NCBI GenBank assembly: GCA_964291415.2
Contig: OZ219920.1
Coordinates: 1,152,001-1,216,000 of the forward strand
From: Alphaproteobacteria bacterium
GTDB taxonomy: Bacteria; Pseudomonadota; Alphaproteobacteria; SP197
DNA: 64,000 nucleotides
Reading direction: 5' to 3'
Shown piece after piece: positions 10,551 through 20,565 of the stretch. Every line of letters starts with the position of its first letter. Position 1 is the first letter of the stretch. Below the pieces are notes generated by a model. The model searched no databases, had not been told where the DNA came from, and saw nothing but the letters and a program-made list of their open reading frames with translations. Both the position numbers and the translations under genes were made by a program.

Positions 10551-11104
10551 TGATCATTCCAGGGCATCTCCGTCGTCTCTTCATCCTCTTGTGCATGGTG
10601 TCTCCGGCGGCACCGGCTGCCGCCGACAACGGCACCACCATTGCCATCATCGATCTTGAGCGGGTTCGCCAGGAGTCGAGTGCCGGCAAGTCGATCGAAA
10701 GCCAGATATTCCACTATCGCCAGGAGCTGGCCGAAGAGGTGAACGCCGTAGAGGGGGAAATCCGTGAGCGCCTGCGTTCACTGAAGGAACAGGAGACGCT
10801 TCTGTCCCAGGAAGGCTACGACAAGTTGCGCCAGGAGATCGAGGAGGACTCCGCCAGCTATCAGACCAGGTTCCAGAACCGGCGGCGCAATCTTGATGCC
10901 GCCTATCTCAAGGCGATGGAGCAGTTGCATTCCGGCATTCTGGAAGTTCTTGGAAGGCTGATCTTCGAGCGTCACATCGATTTGGTGCTGGACCGCCGCC
11001 AGTATCTGGTTGCCGACAGCAGCTTCGATATCTCGGAGGATGTGCTGCGGGAGCTGGACGCGATCCTTTCAGAAGTTCCAGTCGTTCCGGCGCCGGATGG
11101 CTGA
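10550..11104 (+). CDS. skp: OmpH/Skp family periplasmic chaperone
   Basis: Signal peptide, IAIIDLERV..ES.AGKS, coiled-coil, DISEDVL; lies between bamA and lpxD. Confidence 0.85.
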   Translation: MIIPGHLRRLFILLCMVSPAAPAAADNGTTIAIIDLERVRQESSAGKSIESQIFHYRQELAEEVNAVEGEIRERLRSLKEQETLLSQEGYDKLRQEIEEDSASYQTRFQNRRRNLDAAYLKAMEQLHSGILEVLGRLIFERHIDLVLDRRQYLVADSSFDISEDVLRELDAILSEVPVVPAPDG

Positions 11105-12140
11105 CGTGCACGTGGCGGATACGCGTTTCTTCAGACGTCAGGGACCCTTTGAACTCGCCGCAGTACTGGAGGCGACCGGCGCCCGCGTTGCTGGCCACCA
11201 CGACACGTCGCGGCTGTTTCACGATATCGCCGGTCTGGCGGATGCCGGGAGCGCCGATCTCACCTTTCTCGACAACGTGAAGTATGTCACGGCCTTCACC
11301 GCAAGCCGCGCCGGAGGTTGCTTTGTCCGGGAGCAATTCAGCGACCGGGCACCCAAGGGCGTGATCGCGTTGATCAGCGACAATCCCTATCTTGCCTTCG
11401 CCCGGGCCGCCCGGATGTTCTACCCGGACCCCGCTGTCGAGCCGGGCATTTCCGCTCAGGCTTTCATCGAAAGCGGCGCCAGGATCGGCGAGGGCTCCAG
11501 AATTGACGCTTTCGCCGTGATCAGGAGCGGTGCCGAAATCGGCGCCAGGTGCAGCATTGGAGCGGGGAGTGTGGTGGAGCGTCATGTCAGGATTGGCGAC
11601 GACTGCCAGATCGGCCCCGGAGCTGTCCTCATGTTCTGCGTCATCGGCAGTCGCGTGAGGATCGAAGCCGGTGCCAAGGTGGGCACGGAAGGATTTGGAT
11701 TCGCGGCCTCACCGGACGGAGCAGTCCGTCTTCCCCATGTCGGGCGTGTTGTGATCGGCGATGATGTCGGAATTGGCGCCAACACCACGATCGATCGCGG
11801 TTCCCTCGACGATACCGTGATCGGTGACGGCGCCATGATTGATAACCAGGTTCAGATCGCCCATAACGCCAAAGTCGGGCGCCATGCCATCCTTGCAGGA
11901 CAGGTTGGACTGGCGGGCAGTGCCGTTGTCGGTGACTTTGCCATGCTTGGCGGTCAGTCCGGAGTGGCCAATCATGTCCGGGTCGGGACGGGAGCCCGGA
12001 TCGGCGGCAACAGTTCGGCAGCGAGTGACCTCGAAGGGGGTGGAACCTATCTGGGAGCACCGGCCATTCCGCAACGGGAATTCTGGCGCCTGCAGGTCGT
12101 GCTCCGGCGTCTGGCGAGACACAAGAACAAGACACCATGA
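11097..12140 (+). CDS. lpxD: UDP-3-O-acylglucosamine N-acyltransferase
   Basis: Hexapeptide repeats, [27 protein letters not shown]; alternative start GTG 11112. Confidence 0.96.
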   Translation: MADVHVADTRFFRRQGPFELAAVLEATGARVAGHHDTSRLFHDIAGLADAGSADLTFLDNVKYVTAFTASRAGGCFVREQFSDRAPKGVIALISDNPYLAFARAARMFYPDPAVEPGISAQAFIESGARIGEGSRIDAFAVIRSGAEIGARCSIGAGSVVERHVRIGDDCQIGPGAVLMFCVIGSRVRIEAGAKVGTEGFGFAASPDGAVRLPHVGRVVIGDDVGIGANTTIDRGSLDDTVIGDGAMIDNQVQIAHNAKVGRHAILAGQVGLAGSAVVGDFAMLGGQSGVANHVRVGTGARIGGNSSAASDLEGGGTYLGAPAIPQREFWRLQVVLRRLARHKNKTP

Positions 12141-12613
12141 ACAGTAACGAGCGAAGCACGCAACAATCGGGTGGTAATGTGGTCGACATCGAGCGCGTCA
12201 TGCAGCTCATTCCCCATCGCTATCCTTTCCTCATGATCGACCGCGTTGTGGACGTCGTGCGCAACGAGAGTGCCATTGGCATCAAGAATGTCTCGATCAA
12301 TGAACCGCAGTTCCAGGGGCACTTCGGCCGTCATCCGGTGATGCCGGGCGTCTACATCATTGAATCCATGGCTCAGTCAGCTGCCGTCCTGGTTGTCGAA
12401 ACGCTGGGCAAGGAGTTCGAGGGCAAGCTTGTGTACTTCATGGGAGTCGACAAGGCGCGTTTCCGTAGGCCTGTCACGCCAGGCGACGTCATGGAGGTTC
12501 ACGTTCGCAAGGTGCAGCGCCGTGGCATGGTATGGAAGTTCAGTTCCGAGGTCAGGGTCGATGGCTCGATCGTGGCTGACGCCAGATTTTCGGCGATGAT
12601 TCTCGATCACTGA
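12137..12613 (+). CDS. fabZ: 3-hydroxyacyl-ACP dehydratase
   Basis: [25 protein letters not shown]. Confidence 0.97.
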   Translation: MNSNERSTQQSGGNVVDIERVMQLIPHRYPFLMIDRVVDVVRNESAIGIKNVSINEPQFQGHFGRHPVMPGVYIIESMAQSAAVLVVETLGKEFEGKLVYFMGVDKARFRRPVTPGDVMEVHVRKVQRRGMVWKFSSEVRVDGSIVADARFSAMILDH

Positions 12614-12621
12614 CCCACATC

Positions 12622-13422
12622 ATGGCGATCATCCATCCGACTGCCATTGTCGATCCCGGTTCGCAACTCGCCGACGACGTGATCATTGGTCCCTACAGTG
12701 TCGTGGGTGCCGACGTCACGCTGGGACCAGGCGTCGAGCTGATGTCCCATGTCGTGATCGGCGGTCACACGACAATCGGCCGTCAAACCAAGGTCTTTCC
12801 CTTCGCTTCCCTGGGCCTGATTCCCCAAGACCTGAAGTACCGTTCCGAACCCTCCAGGCTGGTGATTGGCGAGGGCAACACAATTCGTGAGCACGTCACC
12901 ATGAGTCCAGGCACCTCGGGGGGCGGCATGGTCACGGAGATCGGCAACCATTGCCTCTTCATGGTCGGAGTTCACGTCGCCCACGATTGCCGGATTGCCG
13001 ACAGGGTCATCATGGTCAACAACGCCACACTTGGTGGTCATGTCACGGTGGACGAGCATGCCATCCTCGGCGGCCTGTCGGCGGTGCACCAGTTCGTGCG
13101 CATTGGCCGCTATGCCATGGTCGGTGGAATGTCCGGAGTCGAACAGGACGTGATTCCGTTCGGAACCGTAACCGGTGATCGGGCGAGCCTGCGTGGCCTC
13201 AACCTTGTTGGCCTCGATCGTCATGGTTTTGACAAGGATGATATCAACAAGCTGCGACGGGCTTACCGGCTGCTGTTCGCCGACGAGGGCACACTCTGGG
13301 AACGCATGACGGACGTGGAGGATGAGTTTGAGGGCTGTCAGCCCATTGACCTGGTTCTGCGTTTCATGCGCACCAAGAGTTCCCGGGGTCTCTGCCAGCC
13401 CCGTGATGGATATGCCTCCTAA
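12622..13422 (+). CDS. lpxA: UDP-N-acetylglucosamine acyltransferase
   Basis: IHPTAIV, PQDLKY, HVAHDC, VHQFVRIG. Confidence 0.97.
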   Translation: MAIIHPTAIVDPGSQLADDVIIGPYSVVGADVTLGPGVELMSHVVIGGHTTIGRQTKVFPFASLGLIPQDLKYRSEPSRLVIGEGNTIREHVTMSPGTSGGGMVTEIGNHCLFMVGVHVAHDCRIADRVIMVNNATLGGHVTVDEHAILGGLSAVHQFVRIGRYAMVGGMSGVEQDVIPFGTVTGDRASLRGLNLVGLDRHGFDKDDINKLRRAYRLLFADEGTLWERMTDVEDEFEGCQPIDLVLRFMRTKSSRGLCQPRDGYAS

Positions 13423-14242
13423 GCTCGGCATCGTCGCCGGTGGTACCGCATTGCCGGGTCTTCTGGCCCGGAGCGCCATTGAAGGAGGCCGGGAGGTTTT
13501 CATCGTTGCCCTGCAGGGACAGGCGGAACCGGATGTCGTCGAGACGTTCGACCATGCCTGGGTTCGCATGGGCGCGGCTGGCAAGACACTCGAACATCTG
13601 CGTCGCGAAGGTGTGGAGGAGATCGTTCTCGCCGGACCTGTCACGAGGCCGACACTGGGCGAGCTTGTGCCGGACGGGCGTGCCGCACGCTTTCTTGCGA
13701 CCGGCGCCTTCTCCCTGGGCGACGATGGTCTCCTGTCCGCGATCGTGCGGCTGCTCGAGAAGGAAGAAGGATTTCGAGTCGTTGGTATTCCTGACATTCT
13801 CGAGAACGTCGTCGCGCCCCCCGGTGTGCTCAGCAATCGGGGCCCCGATTCCAGGGAATCGGCAGATATCCGACGCGGCATGGCAGTCCTTGAATCCCTT
13901 GATCTCGCGGATGTTGGTCAGGCGGTCGTGGTGCAGAACGAGGTCGTTCTCGGTATCGAGGCCGCCGAGGGAACAGATGCTCTCATCGACCGGGCAGGCG
14001 AGCTTGCCCGGCCGGGCGCGGGACCTGTGCTTGTCAAGTTCTCCAAGACCGGCCAGGAGTTGCGTACGGATCAGCCGGTTACCGGTCCCGGGACCGTGAC
14101 GTCCTGCGTGAACGCGGGTTTCAGCGGCATTGCCGTCGAGACCGGCAGATCACTCATCCTCGATCTTCCGAACACCATCGCTGCCGCCAATCGCCACAAT
14201 CTCTTCATCACCTCACTGTCGCGCCACGACACAGGAACATGA
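13412..14242 (+). CDS. lpxI: UDP-2,3-diacylglucosamine diphosphatase LpxI
   Basis: KLGIVAGG, DVGQAVVV, IEAAEGTDALI; located between lpxA and lpxB. Confidence 0.92.
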   Translation: MPPKLGIVAGGTALPGLLARSAIEGGREVFIVALQGQAEPDVVETFDHAWVRMGAAGKTLEHLRREGVEEIVLAGPVTRPTLGELVPDGRAARFLATGAFSLGDDGLLSAIVRLLEKEEGFRVVGIPDILENVVAPPGVLSNRGPDSRESADIRRGMAVLESLDLADVGQAVVVQNEVVLGIEAAEGTDALIDRAGELARPGAGPVLVKFSKTGQELRTDQPVTGPGTVTSCVNAGFSGIAVETGRSLILDLPNTIAAANRHNLFITSLSRHDTGT

Positions 14243-15363
14243 CGGGACCACTGGTCTATCTCGTGGCCGGTGAACCCTCCGGAGACGCATTGGGTGCCGA
14301 GCTCATGCGCGCCCTCTCCAAGGAGACCGAAGGTGCCGTCGGCTTTGCCGGTGTGGGCGGACCGGAGATGGAGGAGGAGGGGCTCGCATCGATCTATCCC
14401 ATGTCGGATCTTTCAGTCATGGGGCTCGTCGAGGTGATTCCGGGTCTTGCCAGGGTGTTGCGGCGTCTGGCGCAGACTGCACGCCATCTGCTCGCCACAC
14501 GTCCCGATGTCCTCGTCACCATTGATTCTCAGGCATTTTCGCGACGTCTGGCCGAGCGCATCAAGCCGGCACCCTTTCCGGTCGTTCACTATGTGGGACC
14601 CACGGTCTGGGCCTGGAGGCCATCGAGAATCAGGAAGGTTGCATCTGTCGTCGACCGATTGCTTCTGCTCTTTCCCTTCGAACTGTCCTGTTGGGAGGGA
14701 TCCGGCGTCGATGCGGTCTATGTCGGTCATCCCCTGGCTGACGGGAAGAACGAATGCTCGTTCCGCGCACAAGGCAGGGGACCATGCATCGTCCTTCTTC
14801 CCGGCAGCCGCAAGGGTGAAATCAGACGTCATCTGCCAATCTTCCGCGAGGTGGCAGAACGCCTGGCCCGCGACACCCCTGATGTCAGGATGGTGATTCC
14901 GACAGTCGCCCATGTCGCCGACGACGTCCGCCATGGCACGCGTTTCTGGGCCTGTCCCGTAGAGATCGTGGAACGCCCGAGCGCCGGACGCCTTCAGGCG
15001 ATGGCGGGCGCCGATGCAGCTGTCGCGGTGTCGGGTACGGTGGCGCTGGAGCTGGCATCTCTGGGTATCCCCCACATCATCGCCTACAGAGCCAATCCCC
15101 TCACGGCAGCCATCGTGCGCCGCCTTGTCACTGTCCGGCATGCCTCTCTGGTGAACATCATCGCGCAAACGGGAGTGACGCCCGAGTTTATCCAGGGCGA
15201 GTGCCGTGCCGATGCCATTCATGACGCTCTTCGGCGCATCCTCGACGACCCCCGGGAAGGCGGACTCCAGAAACGGCGCATGGCCAGTGTCATGCAGGCC
15301 CTGCGTCATCCCGATGGACCCTCATCTGCCGTTGCCGCCCGCGCCATTCTGGAACTCGTCTGA
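14239..15363 (+). CDS. lpxB: Lipid-A-disaccharide synthase
   Basis: VAGEPSGDALG, HYVGPTVWAWR, LLPGSRKGE, SGTVALE. Confidence 0.96.
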   Translation: MTGPLVYLVAGEPSGDALGAELMRALSKETEGAVGFAGVGGPEMEEEGLASIYPMSDLSVMGLVEVIPGLARVLRRLAQTARHLLATRPDVLVTIDSQAFSRRLAERIKPAPFPVVHYVGPTVWAWRPSRIRKVASVVDRLLLLFPFELSCWEGSGVDAVYVGHPLADGKNECSFRAQGRGPCIVLLPGSRKGEIRRHLPIFREVAERLARDTPDVRMVIPTVAHVADDVRHGTRFWACPVEIVERPSAGRLQAMAGADAAVAVSGTVALELASLGIPHIIAYRANPLTAAIVRRLVTVRHASLVNIIAQTGVTPEFIQGECRADAIHDALRRILDDPREGGLQKRRMASVMQALRHPDGPSSAVAARAILELV

Positions 15364-15686
15364 ATGAATGGGTCTGCCGACAGATCGTGACAGCGATTGC
15401 GATGCTTTCGATCAGTCATTCGGTATCGAAAGTGCATTCAACAACCTGGACTTCAGGTGTGCGGTACGCGTTACGTGGCCGGCTGTGACGGTTCCTGATG
15501 ACACGCGGTCAATGGCCACCACAATACGCAGGTCGAGGGTGACGTCGAAGTCTTCATCCATCGTGCGCTGTCGGGGCGATCATGGCACAGTCCACAAGAC
15601 CGAGGTGAGGCCCATGGAGCAACAATCGATTGCGGGAGCTATGCCTCGTCTGATATGGGCGCGCAGGCGATTGGAGCAGTGGCACC

Positions 15687-16823
15687 ATGCTCACCCATGA
15701 CACGGGAACCCTTGTCGAAAAGCTGTCCAGCCTGGCCAAGCGCGATCTCGTCGATGCCTCGACCATGCCGGGCGAGGTCTATGCCTCCCGGGAGTTCTTC
15801 GATCTCGAATTGGAGCGGATCTTTGCCAGGGAATGGCACTGCGCCGGGCGTGCCGAAAGCATCCCGCGGCCCGGTGACTACCTCACCTGGAGAATCGGTG
15901 CCCAACCCGTTGCAGTGGTGCGCCAGAAAGATGGATCGCTCAAGGCTCTCTCGAACGTCTGCCGTCATCGCATGATGAAACTTCTCTCCGGCTCCGGGCG
16001 GTGCCGGCGCATCGTCTGTCCCTACCACGCCTGGACCTACGACCTCGATGGCAGCCTGCTTGAGGCACGCCACATGGACAGGACCCGAGGCTTCGATGTT
16101 TCGGCAATCTCGTTGCCTCGGGTCCGCTGCGAGGTCTGGCAGGGATGGATCTACGTCACGCTGGATGCTGACATTCCGACCCCGGAGGAGAGGCTTGCGG
16201 GTCTCGAACGCATGATCACCGACTATCATGCGGCCGACTATGTCGAAGTCGACAGGCAGGACCATGTCTGGAAGACGAACTGGAAGCTCCTGACGGAGAA
16301 CTTCATGGAGGGCTATCACCTTCCGGTCACGCATCGACGGACGGTGGGCGCGTACTTTCCGGTAGAAGAAACACGCTTTGGTGATGATGAAGCGGCCTTC
16401 ACTTACCAATGGTTCGCCAAGACCTCCGATGCTCCGGTGGGAACGGCCCATCCGCAGAACCGCAGACTGGAAGGCAAGGCCCGTTCGACATCGGTTCTGG
16501 GCACGGTCTTTCCCTGCCACATGTTCGTTCTTGCCCCCGATCATCTGTGGTATCTGAGTCTGCAGCCCAGGAGTCCTGGTGAGATCGACGTGCGTTACGG
16601 TCTTGCGTTTGCGCCCGAAGTCATGGCTGATCAGGAGGCATATGGCACCCGGCTTGAGGAAGCGAAGGCCTTCCTTGACGCCACCAACGAGGAAGACCGT
16701 GTGGTGGTCGAAGCTCTCTGGGAAGGCGTGCAGGCCCCGCTTGCGGAACCCGGGCCACTGAGTTGGCTGGAAAAGGAAAACCTCGACTTTCTACGCTACA
16801 TCCTGAGGATGGTGACAGCCTGA
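15687..16823 (+). CDS. Rieske non-heme iron oxygenase alpha subunit (quaternary-amine oxygenase-like)
   Basis: Rieske motifs NVCRHR...CPYHAWTY; mononuclear Fe motif NWK...ENFMEGYHLPVTH and C-terminal EED. Confidence 0.9.
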   Translation: MLTHDTGTLVEKLSSLAKRDLVDASTMPGEVYASREFFDLELERIFAREWHCAGRAESIPRPGDYLTWRIGAQPVAVVRQKDGSLKALSNVCRHRMMKLLSGSGRCRRIVCPYHAWTYDLDGSLLEARHMDRTRGFDVSAISLPRVRCEVWQGWIYVTLDADIPTPEERLAGLERMITDYHAADYVEVDRQDHVWKTNWKLLTENFMEGYHLPVTHRRTVGAYFPVEETRFGDDEAAFTYQWFAKTSDAPVGTAHPQNRRLEGKARSTSVLGTVFPCHMFVLAPDHLWYLSLQPRSPGEIDVRYGLAFAPEVMADQEAYGTRLEEAKAFLDATNEEDRVVVEALWEGVQAPLAEPGPLSWLEKENLDFLRYILRMVTA

Positions 16824-16853
16824 ACACCCTGGATCGTCAACGAGTTCAACGAT

Positions 16854-17273
16854 TTACCAAGTGCCCGTGTTCGGCATGGAGGCCCATGGTTCACAGGGCT
16901 CGAGTGCGGCGCCCTTCTGCAGCAACTCGATGGAGATGCCGTCGGGCGAACGCACGAATGCCATCCTTCCGTCACGTGGAGGCCGGTTGATCGTGACCCC
17001 ATTCTCGGCCAGCCGGCTGCACATCGCGTGAATGTCGTCGACCTCATAGGCAAGGTGGCCGAAGTTGCGTCCGCCGGTGTACTCCTCGTCATCCCAGTTC
17101 CACGTCAGTTCGACCTGTGATTCGGGATTTGCTTCGGCTCCCAGAAAGACCAGCGTGAAGCGTCCGGCGCTGTTCTCGTGGCGATCGATTTCGACGAGTC
17201 CGAGTTTGCGGCAGTAGAAATCGAGCGATTCTTCGAGATCCCTGACGCGCACCATGGTGTGCAGATACTTCAT
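16854..17273 (-). CDS. gloA: Lactoylglutathione lyase (glyoxalase I)
   Basis: [46 protein letters not shown]. Confidence 0.92.
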   Translation of the reverse strand: MKYLHTMVRVRDLEESLDFYCRKLGLVEIDRHENSAGRFTLVFLGAEANPESQVELTWNWDDEEYTGGRNFGHLAYEVDDIHAMCSRLAENGVTINRPPRDGRMAFVRSPDGISIELLQKGAALEPCEPWASMPNTGTW

Positions 17274-17274
17274 T

Positions 17275-17572
17275 GGGACTTACATCGGAAAGTCACATCA
17301 CACCGTCCGATCAACAGCATTGCACTTGAGCGGGTCGATGATACGATGCCCGTGTTGCTTCGGCAACCGGCCTCGGGGACTGGGGCCGCTGCGTGGGGAG
17401 GTTGCTGGGTTGCCGGGCCTGTGAACCGCGAATATCGCAGCGTTGCACTTGAGCAATGCCAATGCATGGGCGGCCTTCGGGTCGAGTCGACCAATCGACG
17501 TTCCCGCGTTGTCCACACATGAGACCCGGCCCATCAAGCCGGGTCTCATTGTGACTTTCCGATACAATCCCC
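17275..17572. mobile_element. Putative MITE / non-autonomous palindromic element (298 bp)
   Basis: 23-bp imperfect terminal inverted repeats with 14-bp perfect core ATCGGAAAGTCACA (17284-17297) / TGTGACTTTCCGAT (17550-17563), each 9 bp from the element end; flanked by ATT direct repeat (17272-17274, 17573-17575); no transposase ORF. Confidence 0.7.
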
Positions 17573-17604
17573 ATTTCATGCCTCTCGTCTCGCTTGCTAC
17601 AGTT

Positions 17605-18939
17605 TCAGCGGGCGTCCATGTCGATGTAGTCACGCCGCAGGCTGCCAGTGTAAATCTGACGCGGGCGTCCGATGCGCTGTGACACGTCGACGTGCATCTC
17701 GTTCCACTGCGCAATCCAGCCGACCGTCCTGGCGACGGCAAAGACGGCCGTGAAGAGATGCCTTGGAATGCCCATGGCCTTGAGGATGATCCCGGAATAG
17801 AAATCGACATTGGGATAGAGATTGCGGGAGACGAAATAGGGATCGTCGAGAGCGATCTTTTCGAGTTCCATGGCAATCTTCAGATGGGGATCCTCGCGCA
17901 CATCAAGCTCATCGAGAACCTGGTGACACGCTTCTCGCATGATCTTGGCCCGCGGGTCGTAATTCTTGTAGACGCGGTGCCCGAAACCCATGAGGCGAAT
18001 TGAATCGCCCTTGTCCTTTGCCCGATCGAGAAACTCCGGAATCCTGTCAAAGGTGCCGATATCTTCCAGCATTTGCAGCACCGCCTCGTTCGCACCGCCG
18101 TGGGCAGGTCCCCAAAGGCTGGCAATGCCCGAAGCGACACTGGCAAAGGGGTTGGCGCCCGATGAACCAGTCAGGCGAACCGTTGATGTGGAAGCATTCT
18201 GTTCATGCTCGGCATGGAGGATGAGGATGAGATCCATTGCCCGCGCCAGAACAGGATTGACCGTGTAGTTCTCGCACGGCACCGCAAACATCATGTGAAG
18301 AAGATTCTCGGCATAGCCAAGCTTGTTCATGGGATACATGAAGGGCTGGCCGATGGACCACTTATAGGCCATGGCAGCAATGGTCGGCATCTTGGCGAGA
18401 AGCCTGTAGGCCGAGATCATCCTCTGCCGTTCGCTCGCGACGTCGGAACTCTCCGCATAGAATGCCGAAAGCGCGCCGACGATACCCACCATCAGGGCCA
18501 TGGGATGCGCATCCCTGCGAAATCCGCGGAACAGGAAACTCACCTGTTCGTGCAGCATCGTGTGGTGGGTAACATCGTGACTGAACTTCTCGAAAGCCTC
18601 CCGTTCCGGCAGGTCGCCGGTCAGGATGAGGTAGCATACTTCCAGGAAATTGGATTTTTCCGCAAGCTGTTCAATGGGATAGCCGCGGTAAAGCAGTTCA
18701 CCCTTGTCACCGTCGACGTAGGTGATGGTCGATTCACAGCTCGCCGTGGCCATGTATCCGGGATCGTAGGAAAACATGCCGCTCTGCGCATGAAGCGTGC
18801 GTACGTCGATCACGTCAGGGCCCCTGGTACCGCGAAGAACCGGCAGCTTGGCGAGGCGTTCTCCCGTCTCGGGGTCAGTGACGTAGACAAACCCGTCCGT
18901 GATTGGCCCGGGCAGGGCAGGTGTTGCAAATCCCGACAT
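17605..18939 (-). CDS. gltA: Citrate synthase (type II)
   Basis: [61 protein letters not shown]. Confidence 0.98.
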   Translation of the reverse strand: MSGFATPALPGPITDGFVYVTDPETGERLAKLPVLRGTRGPDVIDVRTLHAQSGMFSYDPGYMATASCESTITYVDGDKGELLYRGYPIEQLAEKSNFLEVCYLILTGDLPEREAFEKFSHDVTHHTMLHEQVSFLFRGFRRDAHPMALMVGIVGALSAFYAESSDVASERQRMISAYRLLAKMPTIAAMAYKWSIGQPFMYPMNKLGYAENLLHMMFAVPCENYTVNPVLARAMDLILILHAEHEQNASTSTVRLTGSSGANPFASVASGIASLWGPAHGGANEAVLQMLEDIGTFDRIPEFLDRAKDKGDSIRLMGFGHRVYKNYDPRAKIMREACHQVLDELDVREDPHLKIAMELEKIALDDPYFVSRNLYPNVDFYSGIILKAMGIPRHLFTAVFAVARTVGWIAQWNEMHVDVSQRIGRPRQIYTGSLRRDYIDMDAR

Positions 18940-19145
18940 TCTTTCTTCCCTTTGTGCTCGAGCGCCTGCCCTCGGTCACGCAACTCCTCGACACTGCCCC
19001 CAGGGGCACGGTCTATAGCAACTGTGAGGCTGGTCCGTCAAGCAAACATCGTCTGGCCATGAAGGAACATCAGTTATTTATCGCATATATTCCACTAGAT
19101 AGAGGCCACATATAACACAAGAGCGCGATGCGGTGCACTGACAGC

Positions 19146-20558
19146 TCAGGGATGCGTGATGCCCGTGACATCCCTGATCCTGGCAAGACACTCGTCGCGG
19201 CCAAGGAGTGCGAGAACATCGAAGATGGGCGGTGAAACGGTGCTGCCGGTCAGGGCAGCTCGCAGAGGCTGGGCCACCCTGCCCAAGGAAATGGATTGCT
19301 CTTCGCTGAATGCACGCACACACGTTTCAAGTGACGTCACATCCCATGACTCCAGGCGATCGAACCGTGGCAACAGGTCAGCGAGGCGCGTCACGGCATC
19401 ACCTTCGAGTGCCTTCGCCGCTTTGGGATCGATCAGCAGAGGTCGTGTATCAAAAAGAAAACCGGCACTCTTCGCCAGTTCCACCAGGGTCTTCGATCGC
19501 TCTTTGAGGACTGGCATGGCCACCGCCAGCAAGGCTGCCTCATCGTCATCAAGGTTACGTGCCAACCGGTTGGCGACATGGCGGCCGGCGAGGTGGGCGA
19601 GCGTCGTGTCGTCTGTATTCCTGAGGTAGTGCCGGTTGAGAGTGGAGAGCCTTTCGGGATCGAAACGGGCCGGGGACTTGCCGACCGCCGGAAGATCGAA
19701 CCAGCCAATCGCGTTCTGTCTTGAAATCACTTCCTCATCACCGTGGCTCCATCCCAGGCGCAGCAGGTGGTTGATGAGAGCATCGGCGAGGTAGCCCTCC
19801 TCGCGATAGTGTTCGACACCGGTTGCGCCATGACGTTTTGACAGTCGGGTTCCATCGGTGCCGTGAATCAGGGGGATGTGGGCAAAGGCCGGTGCTGTCC
19901 AACCGAGTGCCTGGTAGATCTGGCTCTGACGGGCTGCGTTGACGAGGTGCTCGTCACCTCGGATCACGTGGGTGACATCCATGTCATGATCATCGACGAC
20001 AACCGACAGCATGTATGTCGGGGTGCCGTCGGCACGCAGGAGAACCATGTCGTCAAGCTCGGCGTTGGCAATCGCCACCTCCCCCTGCACATGATCATTG
20101 ATGACCGTGTGTCCCTCGCGCGGCGCTTTCAGCCGAATTGCGGGAGCGACTCCAGGAGGGGCATCGCAAGAGTCCCTGTCGCGCCAGGTTCCGTCATAGC
20201 GCCACACGCGCCCCTCATCCTTCGCGCGCGCCCTGGAGCGCTGTAATTCTTCACTTGTCATGTAGCAGCGGTAGGCGTGGCCGGACTCAAGCAGGGCCTC
20301 GGCCATCTCCCGGTGGCGGGCCGAACGCTCGAACTGAAAAACGGGGTCCCCATCCCAGTCGATCCCAAGCCAGTCGAGGGCATCGAAGATGGCATGCACC
20401 GACTCTTCAGTCGATCGTTTGCGGTCCGTGTCCTCGATGCGCAGCCGGAATGTGCCATGCCAGTGGCGGGCGTAAAGCCAGTTGAACAATGCGGTGCGGG
20501 CGCCGCCAATGTGCAGGGTCCCCGTCGGAGACGGGGCAAATCGAGTCACAATGTTCAT
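19146..20558 (-). CDS. gltX: Glutamate--tRNA ligase
   Basis: [30 protein letters not shown]; start at MNIVTRF. Confidence 0.96.
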   Translation of the reverse strand: MNIVTRFAPSPTGTLHIGGARTALFNWLYARHWHGTFRLRIEDTDRKRSTEESVHAIFDALDWLGIDWDGDPVFQFERSARHREMAEALLESGHAYRCYMTSEELQRSRARAKDEGRVWRYDGTWRDRDSCDAPPGVAPAIRLKAPREGHTVINDHVQGEVAIANAELDDMVLLRADGTPTYMLSVVVDDHDMDVTHVIRGDEHLVNAARQSQIYQALGWTAPAFAHIPLIHGTDGTRLSKRHGATGVEHYREEGYLADALINHLLRLGWSHGDEEVISRQNAIGWFDLPAVGKSPARFDPERLSTLNRHYLRNTDDTTLAHLAGRHVANRLARNLDDDEAALLAVAMPVLKERSKTLVELAKSAGFLFDTRPLLIDPKAAKALEGDAVTRLADLLPRFDRLESWDVTSLETCVRAFSEEQSISLGRVAQPLRAALTGSTVSPPIFDVLALLGRDECLARIRDVTGITHP

Positions 20559-20565
20559 GAAGGCA

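Noticed and set aside
17284-17297. GGAAAGTC as the start of RNase P RNA
   Set aside because: The other RNase P conserved regions are missing, and the motif is explained as one arm of the terminal inverted repeat
17519-17549. 12-bp hairpin as an intrinsic terminator for gltA
   Set aside because: No U-tract follows it on the minus strand, and it lies inside the TIR-bounded element
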